Shown here: in pieces, positions 1-8,500 of the stretch
Layout: every line of letters begins with the position of its first letter
Numbering within the stretch: position 1 is the stretch's first letter
Assembly: GCA_038244815.1 (NCBI GenBank)
Contig: JBBRTB010000016.1
Coordinates: 29,056 to 93,055 of the forward strand
DNA from: Thermoanaerobaculia bacterium
Lineage (GTDB): Bacteria; Acidobacteriota; Thermoanaerobaculia; Gp7-AA8
DNA length: 64,000 nucleotides
Direction: 5' to 3'
The notes under the pieces: model-generated
The model's input: the letters and a program-made list of their open reading frames with translations, nothing else
What the model was told of the DNA's origin: nothing
The model's database searches: none
Position numbers and translations under genes: made by a program

Positions 1-17
1 ACCGCTGGATCCGGCGG

Positions 18-281
18 ATGGCGTCCGAGGACAAGCGCGTGCTCATGCGCGTGGCATCGGCGGTGCGCTTTCTCGCTGTCGTGAACGATCGCTTCCGCGC
101 CAAAAGCGGAGAGACCGACGCCGCCGGTCACGTCTTCGACACGCCGGAAGCACGGGTCCCGGCCGTCAACATCGAAGACCGCAAGCTCGCCGAATTCAAC
201 GATGGCGAGATCCAGGAGATCCTCATTCAAGCCGGCTTCCGCACGCTGATTCCCGAGAAGCCCAGGGAGAGCCGGCCATGA
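18..281 (+). CDS. Hypothetical small protein. It may be the 3' end of a longer gene that starts before the window. Its stop overlaps the start of the next gene (ATGA).
   Basis: The frame is open from base 3. The 87 codons run from the first ATG at 18. The stop is coupled to the downstream ferritin-like gene. No family was recognised. Confidence 0.3.
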   Translation: MASEDKRVLMRVASAVRFLAVVNDRFRAKSGETDAAGHVFDTPEARVPAVNIEDRKLAEFNDGEIQEILIQAGFRTLIPEKPRESRP

Positions 282-997
282 CCGACATGAAGCTGTTCGC
301 CGAACCGCCCGCGCGCGACGCTCGCTTCGAAGTGAAGGAGAAGTGGTCGGAGCTACGGAATCTCGACGGCCAGGATCCCGAACATCAGACCGAGTTCCTG
401 CATCGGCAGATGAACGAGGAGATCAACTCCATCGAGATCTCCGCGCGCAATCTCTCCGATTTCCCCGACGCGCCGTGGGAGCTGCGCATGGCCATGGCCC
501 GGCAATGCTGGGACGAAGCCCGGCATTGTGAGGCCTTTCGCCGTCTCTTCGAGGCCAGGGGCGGCACGGTCGGCGAATATCCGGTGATCAATTTCCAGTA
601 TCGAATCATCACGAACATCAACTCGCTGGCGGGGCGGCTGGCCGTCCAGAACCGCAGCTTCGAAGCGGCCGGCATCGACGCCATCGATCTCAACCTGCAG
701 GTCTATGACGCCGAGCGCGATCGGGCGTTCATCGCCCTCTTCGAGATGCAGCTCGCCGACGAGATGCAGCACGTCCGCTTCGGCAATGACTGGGTGAAAC
801 GCCTCATCGATCTCGAGGGGCCGCGCACGACATTCGCGGTGGCACGAGCCGTGGCCCAGGCTGGCATGGCCTTCCAGCAGGTCGCGGACGCCGGGTCGGC
901 GATGTATTACCCGGTCTCCGATGACGCCAGGCGCGAGGCCGGATTCAACGACGACGAGATCGATGTGGCCCGCCGTCTGGCCGAACACAAAGTGTGA
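278..997 (+). CDS. Ferritin-like, diiron-carboxylate-type domain protein (DUF455-like)
   Basis: 239 aa. Two ExxH motifs (DEARHCEAF and ADEMQHVRFG) are spaced as in ferritin-like four-helix bundles. The start and stop are translationally coupled to both neighbours. Confidence 0.55.
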   Translation: MTDMKLFAEPPARDARFEVKEKWSELRNLDGQDPEHQTEFLHRQMNEEINSIEISARNLSDFPDAPWELRMAMARQCWDEARHCEAFRRLFEARGGTVGEYPVINFQYRIITNINSLAGRLAVQNRSFEAAGIDAIDLNLQVYDAERDRAFIALFEMQLADEMQHVRFGNDWVKRLIDLEGPRTTFAVARAVAQAGMAFQQVADAGSAMYYPVSDDARREAGFNDDEIDVARRLAEHKV

Positions 998-1527
998 CCG
1001 AGGGTCCGCAAGTCGCACCGGGGCCCGAGCTCGTGGCCATTGCCAGACTCTGGCGCGCCAGCGGCCGCCAGATCGTCACCAGTTTTCTCGGCACGAGCAT
1101 GCTGCCGACGATTGCGCCGGGCATCGAGCTGACCATCGACTGCGCACACCGTTGGGACGCGGGCGACATCATCGCGTACGTCGTGGGCAGCACGCTGATC
1201 GTCCATCGCATCGAAGCGGTTGCGCCGGATCGCCGGCTGGTCCTGACGCGTGGAGACCATCATCGGATTCCCGATGATCCGTTCGATCCCGGCGAGGGCA
1301 TCATCGGAACGATCGTTCAGATCCGCAGGGGCGACGAGTGGGTCGCACCGCCCGGCCCGCCGCACACATGGCTTCGCGCGTTCGTGCTGCGCCTGATCCT
1401 GCCCTCCTTCGCACGCAACGCCGGATCGTGCCGGCGACGGCTCATGGCCCTGCGCGCATTGACGAGGCCGGCGATCATCCCGCCGCTCGTCATCGGAAAG
1501 CTGCGGCGGATGCGCTCCGGCCGCTGA
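994..1527 (+). CDS. S24/S26-family (signal peptidase / LexA-like) serine peptidase homolog
   Basis: A GTG start overlaps the upstream stop. The GTSMLPTI motif resembles the catalytic Ser loop (GDSMxPT) of S26/S24 peptidases. Length is 177 aa. Confidence 0.5.
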   Translation: MTEGPQVAPGPELVAIARLWRASGRQIVTSFLGTSMLPTIAPGIELTIDCAHRWDAGDIIAYVVGSTLIVHRIEAVAPDRRLVLTRGDHHRIPDDPFDPGEGIIGTIVQIRRGDEWVAPPGPPHTWLRAFVLRLILPSFARNAGSCRRRLMALRALTRPAIIPPLVIGKLRRMRSGR

Positions 1528-1568
1528 GGCCCCAGGTTCAGCGTGCTAGACTTTCGCGAATATCTGCC

Positions 1569-2639
1569 ATGTCTGAGATTGCCCTCGACCGGTCCGCGGC
1601 GACGACGACCACATCACGCGGCTGGATTGTTTCTCCCTCCTTCGACTCGATCCTGATCATCTTCGCGCAACTGACGGTTTTCCCGATCATGCTCGCCTAC
1701 CGGTCGACCGATACGCGAGCGCTGGCGATCGGCGCCGCGCTCACTCTCGCGTTCGCCCACTACTTCTCATCCGCGGCTTTCTTCTTCTGGAAGGAGAGCA
1801 GCGAATACCATCGGGAGCGCTGGCTGGCCTTCTTCGCAGGTCCGGTCATCCTTGCGCTGATCTACTGGTCGTTCATCGTGGCCGGAGTTCCGTACGTCAT
1901 CCAGTTTGCGCTGTTCTTCTGGACGGCCTGGCACGTCGCCAAGCAGAACACCGGCATCCTCTCGATCTACCGCCACCGCGCCGGCAACGCCGATCCCAGT
2001 CAGAAAGACGTCACGAACCGCGCCATCCTGGCCGTCAGCATTTTTCTGGCGCTCTGGAACATCGACACGCACATCGAAGTCTCGGCGCTGTTCGACATGG
2101 TCGCCAGAAACGTGGCGTCGTTCGTCCGCTTCGCGGCCGGAGTCGTCGCCTTCGTCGCCGTCGCTCATCTGGCCATCGTTCTGGTGAGGCGTTGGCGCGC
2201 CGGCCACACACCCACGATTCCGGAGATGCTCTTCCTCTCCGTCAGCCTGTTCTTCTTCTACCCTTACCTGCTCATCCGATCCTCGGCGATGGCCACCGTG
2301 GCCATGCTCCTGCCGCACTACGTGCAGTACATGGCCATCGTCTGGCTCGTTCACCGGCGCAAGTTCGGCGATCAACCCGCGGCGCCCGTGCCGGTGTTTT
2401 TGCGGAAGTTGAGCTCGAAATTGATGTACCTGATTCCGACCCTGCTGGCCATCGGATTCGTCTTCGCCATCAGCGAAAAGGAGCTGGCGACAGCGGGAAG
2501 GCACTCGATCTTCGTGACGCTCGCTGTTTTCATCGCATTTCAGCACTATTACCTCGACGGGTTGATCTGGTCTTTCAAGCGCGCGCACGTGCGCAAGACC
2601 ATCGCACCTGCCCTTCTCGGCCGGCCTACGGCCGCATAA
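1569..2639 (+). CDS. Polytopic membrane protein with His-rich motifs (unknown family)
   Basis: The ATG at 1569 follows a 40 nt gap. Several hydrophobic helices are present. His motifs recur (AHYFSS, WHVAKQNTG, HYVQY, FQHYYLDGLIW). The stop lies 3 nt before the next start. Confidence 0.5.
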   Translation: MSEIALDRSAATTTTSRGWIVSPSFDSILIIFAQLTVFPIMLAYRSTDTRALAIGAALTLAFAHYFSSAAFFFWKESSEYHRERWLAFFAGPVILALIYWSFIVAGVPYVIQFALFFWTAWHVAKQNTGILSIYRHRAGNADPSQKDVTNRAILAVSIFLALWNIDTHIEVSALFDMVARNVASFVRFAAGVVAFVAVAHLAIVLVRRWRAGHTPTIPEMLFLSVSLFFFYPYLLIRSSAMATVAMLLPHYVQYMAIVWLVHRRKFGDQPAAPVPVFLRKLSSKLMYLIPTLLAIGFVFAISEKELATAGRHSIFVTLAVFIAFQHYYLDGLIWSFKRAHVRKTIAPALLGRPTAA

Positions 2640-2642
2640 ACG

Positions 2643-3371
2643 ATGAACGGGTTCCCGTCCCTGCAGCACCTCGCCGCCACCTACCCGTGGCTTCGGGCCA
2701 CCGCCGAGACTCTGCGCCTCGGGGCATTCCTCGGATTCGTGTTTCTCGGTCTCAGGATGGTCTGGAAGCAGGTGCGCAGCCAGGATGCGCAGCGCGCCAC
2801 AACACAGTTCATCGTCTATGCGATCGCCGTGACGTGCGCCGTCGGATTCACGCAGATCGAGGCGTGGCCCTTCTCGAACTGGGCGCTCATCCATCACATC
2901 AGCCAGCCGCAGATGCTCGATTGGATCGTGGAGGGAACGGACGCCACGGGGAAGGCATACCGGATCGACAAGCGATTCATGGAGCCGATGCCGTATGAGG
3001 ACTTCGACACCTGGTTCAAGACCGGATTCTTTCGCATCGGCCGCACCGAGGAGGAAGCAAAACTCTGTTACCTGGTCCGCCGGCCATCGACGCCGGGACA
3101 GGAGCGCGTGGCTCGTTTCCTGATCGCGCGCGCCGAGATCGCGCGCCAGCGTTTCATCCGCGGCCAGTCGCCCGGCAGGAACGGCACGATCGTGGGTCCG
3201 TTCGCGGCGCCGTATCACTTCGATCGTCCGACGTTGTGGCGCACGGTGTCCGATGTACCGTCGACGCCGTTCGTCGGCCTGCGCATCTGGCAGATCGAAT
3301 GGGGCGTCGAGGAACGCTATCGCGACGAATCCAGCGTCAAGCGCCGATTGTTGTTCGACTATCGATCATGA
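2643..3371 (+). CDS. HTTM-associated accessory protein, copy 1: an N-terminal TM helix plus a soluble domain, family unknown
   Basis: 242 aa. It is paralogous to the 4249..4860 product (shared FIVxxxAVxxxxGxTQxxAWPxxNxxLxH and RIDxxxxxxMxDW motifs). Its stop overlaps the next start (ATGA). Confidence 0.5.
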   Translation: MNGFPSLQHLAATYPWLRATAETLRLGAFLGFVFLGLRMVWKQVRSQDAQRATTQFIVYAIAVTCAVGFTQIEAWPFSNWALIHHISQPQMLDWIVEGTDATGKAYRIDKRFMEPMPYEDFDTWFKTGFFRIGRTEEEAKLCYLVRRPSTPGQERVARFLIARAEIARQRFIRGQSPGRNGTIVGPFAAPYHFDRPTLWRTVSDVPSTPFVGLRIWQIEWGVEERYRDESSVKRRLLFDYRS

Positions 3372-4249
3372 CTATGGCCATTCAGGATTTGCGCCGCCGG
3401 TTCGACGCCTTCTGGTTCGCCGGGGAGAGCAGAGCCAACCTCGTGGTGACGCGCGTGCTTCTGGCTGGTACTGCGCTGTGGGTGGTCCTCTCGCGATACA
3501 GGCTTCCGTCGATCGTGGCGTTCCCTCCGGAGATGTGGAACCTCGTTTCGTTCGCGCGGCGCGTCCGGTTCGGATACTTTCTCGACGTCAATGCCGAATA
3601 TGTCCTCTTCGTTCTCCTGCACCTCACGTTGATCGCCGCGATCTTCGGCCTCGCTCCCCGGCTCAGTTGCATTTTGAGCGCGCTCCTGCTCGTCCACTTC
3701 GCGCCGCTGGAGACGATCCTCTGGACGCCGAATCCCTACCTGAGAGGACTGACCATCCCGGCGCTCGGTTTGTTTGTGTTCGGTGTTGCGGGAGGGCGCG
3801 AGCGGCGGCGGTGGCCACTGGTGCTGACGCAGCTCTTCTTCGCGCAGATCTACTTCTTCGCTGGCTATTCGAAGCTCTTCACCGGCGGCTTCGGCTGGGT
3901 AACGGCATCGAACATCCGCGGATACCTCCTGATGCTCAACCAGTTTCTCGAGTTTCCGAGGACGCAGATCGGCTACGCCCTGGCGCCGTATCCGCTCGTC
4001 TGCGCGGGGATGGCCTGGGCTGGAATCGTGTTCGATCTCCTCTTCCCCATCGTTCTCTTCAAGCCATCGACACGGCGCTTCATGCTGCCGCTGGCATTGC
4101 TCTTTCACATCGCCAACGCGGTCGTCTTTCACGTCGTCTTCCAGGACACGGTGCTCCTCTTGATGTTCGTGAACTGGGAGCCGCTCGCCGCGCGCGTTCG
4201 CGGCTGGACGCCGGCGGCCTGGCGGCGGCCCGTGGGAGAGGCATCCTGA
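3368..4249 (+). CDS. HTTM-domain membrane protein (vitamin K-dependent gamma-carboxylase / SdpB-like), copy 1
   Basis: The N-terminal RFDAFWF pattern, the FFAGYSKL motif, multiple TM helices and a C-terminal VNWEP motif are typical of bacterial HTTM proteins. Confidence 0.65.
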   Translation: MTMAIQDLRRRFDAFWFAGESRANLVVTRVLLAGTALWVVLSRYRLPSIVAFPPEMWNLVSFARRVRFGYFLDVNAEYVLFVLLHLTLIAAIFGLAPRLSCILSALLLVHFAPLETILWTPNPYLRGLTIPALGLFVFGVAGGRERRRWPLVLTQLFFAQIYFFAGYSKLFTGGFGWVTASNIRGYLLMLNQFLEFPRTQIGYALAPYPLVCAGMAWAGIVFDLLFPIVLFKPSTRRFMLPLALLFHIANAVVFHVVFQDTVLLLMFVNWEPLAARVRGWTPAAWRRPVGEAS

Positions 4250-4860
4250 TCCATCAGGCCATCTACGCGGCCGCGTTTCTCGCGTTCGTGGCCGGCCTCG
4301 CCGCCATCCGGTTCGCGCCCACGCCGGATTCACGGCGTAGGTTCATCGTGCTGCTCACGGCGTACGTCATCGTCACGCATCTCATCATCGGCGTGACTCA
4401 GAAGGACGCCTGGCCGATCACCAATTACTGTCTGATGCACGGTCGCGCGGATCTGCGGCACGCCGAGTTGTACCGATACGGATTCTTCGGCGTAGACAAG
4501 GACGGCCGTGAATGGAGGATCGATCCGTACGCGTGGCACTCGATGAGCGACTGGCACCTTCAGCTCTGGTTCTACATTCACTTCGCCAAACTCTCACCGC
4601 CTGATCAGCAGCAAGCCCTCGGCTGGTTGTATGGTCTGGCGGAAGAGCAGCGGGCTCAACTCGCTCGCGGCGATCCATCGATCTCGTGGCTCGGTCCGGT
4701 GAGCGCGCCGCAATGGTGGATGTTCCCGCGTGAGCTTGCCGTGCCGCCGGAGCCTTACCGCGCCCTGCGCGTCTACAAGGACACGTGGTTCCCGGCCACG
4801 ATCATCTTCGACCGCAAACCGGTCACGCGAAAGCCGGTCGGCGAATGGCGGGCCCGGTGA
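4249..4860 (+). CDS. HTTM-associated accessory protein, copy 2 (paralog of 2643..3371). The start codon is uncertain.
   Basis: The frame is open across the HTTM stop. There is no ATG near the expected start. Candidates are CTG 4246 or GTG around 4288. The C-terminal two-thirds aligns with copy 1. Confidence 0.45.
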   Translation: MHQAIYAAAFLAFVAGLAAIRFAPTPDSRRRFIVLLTAYVIVTHLIIGVTQKDAWPITNYCLMHGRADLRHAELYRYGFFGVDKDGREWRIDPYAWHSMSDWHLQLWFYIHFAKLSPPDQQQALGWLYGLAEEQRAQLARGDPSISWLGPVSAPQWWMFPRELAVPPEPYRALRVYKDTWFPATIIFDRKPVTRKPVGEWRAR

Positions 4861-5708
4861 AGGAACGGATCGAACGGCTGCTGTTCGCGCCCGCTTCGCC
4901 CCTCGGCCTCGTCGTCGCGCGCGTGATCCTGGCGCTGCAGGCACTCTGGATCGTGTTGTCGCGGCCCGGCATGCGCGATCTGACCAGCTGGCCATCCCCG
5001 TTCTTCACCGTGCCACCAGGGGTACTGCCCCGCTTTCTGATCGTCCCCGGAGCAGAAGCCGTCGACCACGTTCTCTACGGCATGCTGATCGTCGCGCTGG
5101 TGGCGACGCTGTTCGGCGTGCTGCCGCGACTGGCGATGATCACCAGCGCCACCCTGCTGTATCACCTCGCGCCGATGGAAGCGATCATGGGCGGTCTTCT
5201 CTACACGGCCAGTCTCGGGGGGCTGACCCTGCCGATGCTCGGCTTTCTGATCATGGCGTTCTCGGGCTCACCGCGGCTGAGAAGCGAACGATCGCCGGAG
5301 TATCGCTGGCCGCTGGTTCTCATCCAGATCCTCTTCGCGTTTCACTACCTCAACGCCGGGCTGGCGAAGCTGCACTGGACGGGCCTCAGCTGGTACAGCG
5401 CGAAGAACGTGGGCGGCATCGCCGCCACGCTCTGGACCCTCAATGGTCAGCGCCTCGGGCTCACGACGTTCAACAGGCCATGGCTGGCAGGAGCGATCGG
5501 CGTAGCCACGTTCATCCTCGAATTCGGATTTCCTCTCGTCATCTTCTCCAAGTGGGCGCGCCGGATCCTGCTGCCGGCGGCGGCAGTGGCCGCGTTTCTT
5601 CGCGTGCTCGTGTTCGGATTCTTCTTTCTCAGCTTCCCGTCGATCGGGGTGATGGTGAACTGGGATGCGGTGGCGAGGCGGTGGGAAAAGCGGCCTACGG
5701 CGGCGTGA
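4857..5708 (+). CDS. HTTM-domain membrane protein, copy 2
   Basis: The GTG start overlaps the upstream stop (GTGA). The N-terminal LLFAPASPLGLVVARVILAL pattern, the LNAGLAKL motif and a C-terminal VNWDA motif match the HTTM family. It is a paralog of 3368..4249. Confidence 0.65.
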   Translation: MKERIERLLFAPASPLGLVVARVILALQALWIVLSRPGMRDLTSWPSPFFTVPPGVLPRFLIVPGAEAVDHVLYGMLIVALVATLFGVLPRLAMITSATLLYHLAPMEAIMGGLLYTASLGGLTLPMLGFLIMAFSGSPRLRSERSPEYRWPLVLIQILFAFHYLNAGLAKLHWTGLSWYSAKNVGGIAATLWTLNGQRLGLTTFNRPWLAGAIGVATFILEFGFPLVIFSKWARRILLPAAAVAAFLRVLVFGFFFLSFPSIGVMVNWDAVARRWEKRPTAA

Positions 5709-6570
5709 CCTCGACGATCCCGTCGGAACAGTAGAGCCGTATCCCGTTCGCGGTGACCTCGTGCGTCCCTGGCCGCCTGCCGTGCCGCTCCATCGAGTAT
5801 GTCCGGGCTCGTCCCATCGGCAGCGCTGCTCCCGTGGGATCGCGATAGAGCGATCCGAAGAGTTGCGCGGTGCCGGAGACGAAATGCCAGGTGCGCTCCG
5901 CGCTCCACTGGTCGAACGGCACGCGCCATGATGTCGAGCGCGGAGAAGGGCGGCTCGTCGCCAATGCCGGATCCTGGGCCCGCCGCGGCGCCGTGCCCGC
6001 GGCAATGGCTGCGAGTGCGGAGGACAACTGCTTCGCACCGCGTTCGGCAAGCGTGAAGTAGACGTCGACGATCGACTGTCCACGCGCGACCGGCATGCTT
6101 TCCTGCGCGACGATGTCGCCTGTATCCACCCCGGCATCGAGCCAGTGGACGGTCGTCCCCGCCTCGCGTTCATCGTCGTAATACGTCCAGAACAGAGGAT
6201 CGGATCCACGCAGGCGAGGGAGCAGCGACTGATGCAGGTTCACGCCACCGTTGTGCGCGGAAGCGATCAGCGCCGGTGAGAGCACGTGCGGGAACGTAGC
6301 GATCACGATCAGATCGATGTCCAGCGCCCGTAACTCCGCAGCGGTGCCCTCGGCGCTGTACACGACAGCCGGAATGCGCTGGTCGCGCGCGGCGCTCACG
6401 AGCGGATCGGCGGGAAGTCGCCCCATCAACTGCTTCAACCGGGCGCGATAACCGAGGCGGCGGCGGGGAGTGACTACGACGGCAACGCCATGATCGCGCG
6501 CAATCTCGCGAAAGACCGTGACCGAGAGCGGGCTGCCTGAGCCGAAGAATGCGATTCGTTGGCGCAACAC
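5695..6570 (-). CDS. Formyltransferase (Fmt / ArnA N-terminal-domain family)
   Basis: The HQSLLPRLRGSDPLFW motif matches the folate-dependent formyltransferase signature (HxSLLPxxRG). A GTG start is used. The gene is convergent with and overlaps the end of HTTM copy 2. Confidence 0.65.
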   Translation of the reverse strand: MLRQRIAFFGSGSPLSVTVFREIARDHGVAVVVTPRRRLGYRARLKQLMGRLPADPLVSAARDQRIPAVVYSAEGTAAELRALDIDLIVIATFPHVLSPALIASAHNGGVNLHQSLLPRLRGSDPLFWTYYDDEREAGTTVHWLDAGVDTGDIVAQESMPVARGQSIVDVYFTLAERGAKQLSSALAAIAAGTAPRRAQDPALATSRPSPRSTSWRVPFDQWSAERTWHFVSGTAQLFGSLYRDPTGAALPMGRARTYSMERHGRRPGTHEVTANGIRLYCSDGIVEVTPP

Positions 6571-6630
6571 CGGTCATGATAGCGATCTCGCGGAGCGGCA
6601 CGGCCTGCATGCTAGACTCGCCAACCGCCC

Positions 6631-7668
6631 ATGCAGATACCAGCCAATCTGTGGCCGGCGCTCTTTTCGGCGTCGACGGGCAAAGCCTGGCCGCCCCTCA
6701 CGGCCGAGGAGATCGAGACTTTCATCCGAGACTGCGCGGCGGAAAGCCTCCTTCCGATCCTGCAGACGGATGATTCCATCCCCGCAGCGATCCAGGAGGC
6801 GCGCAAGCCCTTCGCGGCGCTGTTGCCCCTCCAGAAGCAGAGGACGCAGATCCTGGTCCGGGCTCTCCAGCGCATCGGCGAGATCCTCGAGGGCGAAGAC
6901 TTCGCATTGCTGAAAGGCGCCGACTACGCATTCCGGCTCTATCCCCAGCCCTACCTTCGTCCGATGTCCGACATCGATCTGCTCGTCCCCGCGGCGCGAA
7001 TGCCCGAAGTCTGCCGCCGCTTCTTCGAGGCGGGAATGCAGCAGCACTTCCCCGCCGGGACGGCATCACGGCTCAAGAGTCATCATGAGACGGTCTTCAC
7101 GCTGAACGGCGTGTTGATCGAACCGCATCACTCGTTCATCCAGCGGGCCCGTCACAGAATCGACTACGACGGAATCTGGAGGCGTCGCATCGCCTTTCAC
7201 CCCGCGGGCGTGCGCACGTTCCGGCTCGCTGATGCTGATGCGCTGATCTATCAGACCCTGCGGATGGCCACCGATCAATTCAACGAGCCGCTGATCCACT
7301 ACCTCGATTTCTATCTGCTGCTGCATCGCTTTGAGGGCGACCTCGAGACTCTGGCCGGACGGGCGCGGGAATACCGTACCGAGCGGGCGCTCTACGCCGC
7401 CTTCCGCCAGCTCACACGACTCTTTCCGGAGCTCCATCCACGCACCGATGCTCTGCTCGAGAGTCTTCTCAGTCCCTCCGTTCGCCGCCACCTCGACGAG
7501 CGGGTGCTGCCGGCGCGATTCATCTATCGGCGCATCGCCAGGCGCGAACAGTTGTGGCGCAAGTTCAACCTGATGGACGGCTACCGCGAGCGCCTCGGAT
7601 TTCTCTTCTACTGGGCGTATGCGGCCGTGGCCGGCCGGTTCGTGCGGTCTACTCGCCCGGCATCATGA
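6631..7668 (+). CDS. Nucleotidyltransferase-family protein (NTP_transf_5-like)
   Basis: The MSDIDLLV motif and the overall pattern resemble the uncharacterised nucleotidyltransferase family. The gene is divergent from the formyltransferase with a 60 nt spacer. Confidence 0.45.
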   Translation: MQIPANLWPALFSASTGKAWPPLTAEEIETFIRDCAAESLLPILQTDDSIPAAIQEARKPFAALLPLQKQRTQILVRALQRIGEILEGEDFALLKGADYAFRLYPQPYLRPMSDIDLLVPAARMPEVCRRFFEAGMQQHFPAGTASRLKSHHETVFTLNGVLIEPHHSFIQRARHRIDYDGIWRRRIAFHPAGVRTFRLADADALIYQTLRMATDQFNEPLIHYLDFYLLLHRFEGDLETLAGRAREYRTERALYAAFRQLTRLFPELHPRTDALLESLLSPSVRRHLDERVLPARFIYRRIARREQLWRKFNLMDGYRERLGFLFYWAYAAVAGRFVRSTRPAS

Positions 7669-8284
7669 ACCGGAAGTTCTGCACGACCAGCTTCACGTAT
7701 TCGGAAAGGACGTCGAATCGATCGATGGGACGGCGCCACCAGACGTCCGGAACGATCCTCTCATAGCGATCCGGCCGCATGAGGACGTCCACGGCGCCGG
7801 CGGCTTCGCGGCGAAAGTATTTTCCGGCCCGCCGCGTGTGGTACGGCGAGGTCGAAACGATGATGCGCTTCCAGCCCTTCCGGCGCGCCAGGTCGATCGT
7901 GAATGCGGCCTCGTCGCGCGTCGCGTCCAGTTGCACGCCAGACTCCTCGATCGACGCGGCGGGCACGCCCATCTGCTGCAACACGTTCTTCTGGAGGTCG
8001 ATCCAGACGGGAAACTCGACGTGCAGGCGTTGCATCAGCTGGCCGTTGACTTCGCCTGGCGAGCGCAGCAGAAGAATGCGTCCGCTCCAACCTTCCTTGT
8101 AGAGGGTGGCCGCCTCCAGCGTCCTCTCCATCCGGTGCGATCCCAGAACGACGATCGCATCGGCGGGAGCGAGTTGATCAGAGCGGATGAGCGCGCGTCC
8201 GAGAAACGGCGCGGCCAGCCGCGCGGCCAGCGCCAGCAGGACGAGAACGACAAAGAAGGTTCCGAGCCGACGCAGCCACTTCAT
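7649..8284 (-). CDS. DUF218 (YdcF/ElyC/SanA-like) domain protein
   Basis: The start is taken at MKWLRR. The longer ORF extension would overlap the tRNA-Thr gene. A signal anchor and DUF218-like core are present. Confidence 0.55.
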   Translation of the reverse strand: MKWLRRLGTFFVVLVLLALAARLAAPFLGRALIRSDQLAPADAIVVLGSHRMERTLEAATLYKEGWSGRILLLRSPGEVNGQLMQRLHVEFPVWIDLQKNVLQQMGVPAASIEESGVQLDATRDEAAFTIDLARRKGWKRIIVSTSPYHTRRAGKYFRREAAGAVDVLMRPDRYERIVPDVWWRRPIDRFDVLSEYVKLVVQNFRFMMPGE

Positions 8285-8301
8285 TCGTTTTGCGAGGATG
8301 C

Positions 8302-8377
8302 TGGAGCCGTTGACCGGACTTGAACCGGTGACCTGCTGATTACGAATCAGCTGCTCTACCAACTGAGCTACAACGGC
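8302..8377 (-). tRNA. tRNA-Thr (anticodon CGU)
   Basis: The reverse complement GCCGTTGTAGCTCAGTTGGTAGAGCAGCTGATTCGTAATCAGCAGGTCACCGGTTCAAGTCCGGTCAACGGCTCCA folds into a canonical cloverleaf. The anticodon loop is TTCGTAA. CCA is encoded. Confidence 0.85.
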
Positions 8378-8500
8378 TTACCTCGCCAGGAACCCCAAGA
8401 ACAGCAGGGCGCGCGATTGTATTCACCGATACCCATGCTGTCCAGCGGTGCTAATCTTCGGGAGGAGGAGGCGTCCTCCCCTGACCACGGAGGTGACGAT

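Noticed and set aside
1767-3218. Long antisense ORF (483 aa) opposite the membrane-protein and accessory genes. Similar antisense or overlapping ORFs occur at 3359..4333, 5268..6209, 10307..11413, 13338..15344, 41529..42785, 42998..44440, 43455..44750, 47027..47791, 48022..49191, 48635..49984 and 49393..50937.
   Set aside because: High-GC DNA generates long stop-free frames on the opposite strand. These products are low-complexity and Arg/Pro/Gly-rich with no recognisable motifs. They overlap genes that have clear family signatures.
3253-4248. N-terminal two-thirds of the 535-aa frame-1 ORF overlapping HTTM copy 1
   Set aside because: Only the C-terminal part (about 4249-4860) resembles the paralogous accessory protein. 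The upstream portion is an out-of-frame overlap with a well-supported HTTM gene.
8285-8362. N-terminal extension of the DUF218 ORF (MVEQLIRNQQVTGSSPVNG…)
   Set aside because: This segment is simply the reverse translation of the tRNA-Thr gene. The start is reassigned to MKWLRR.
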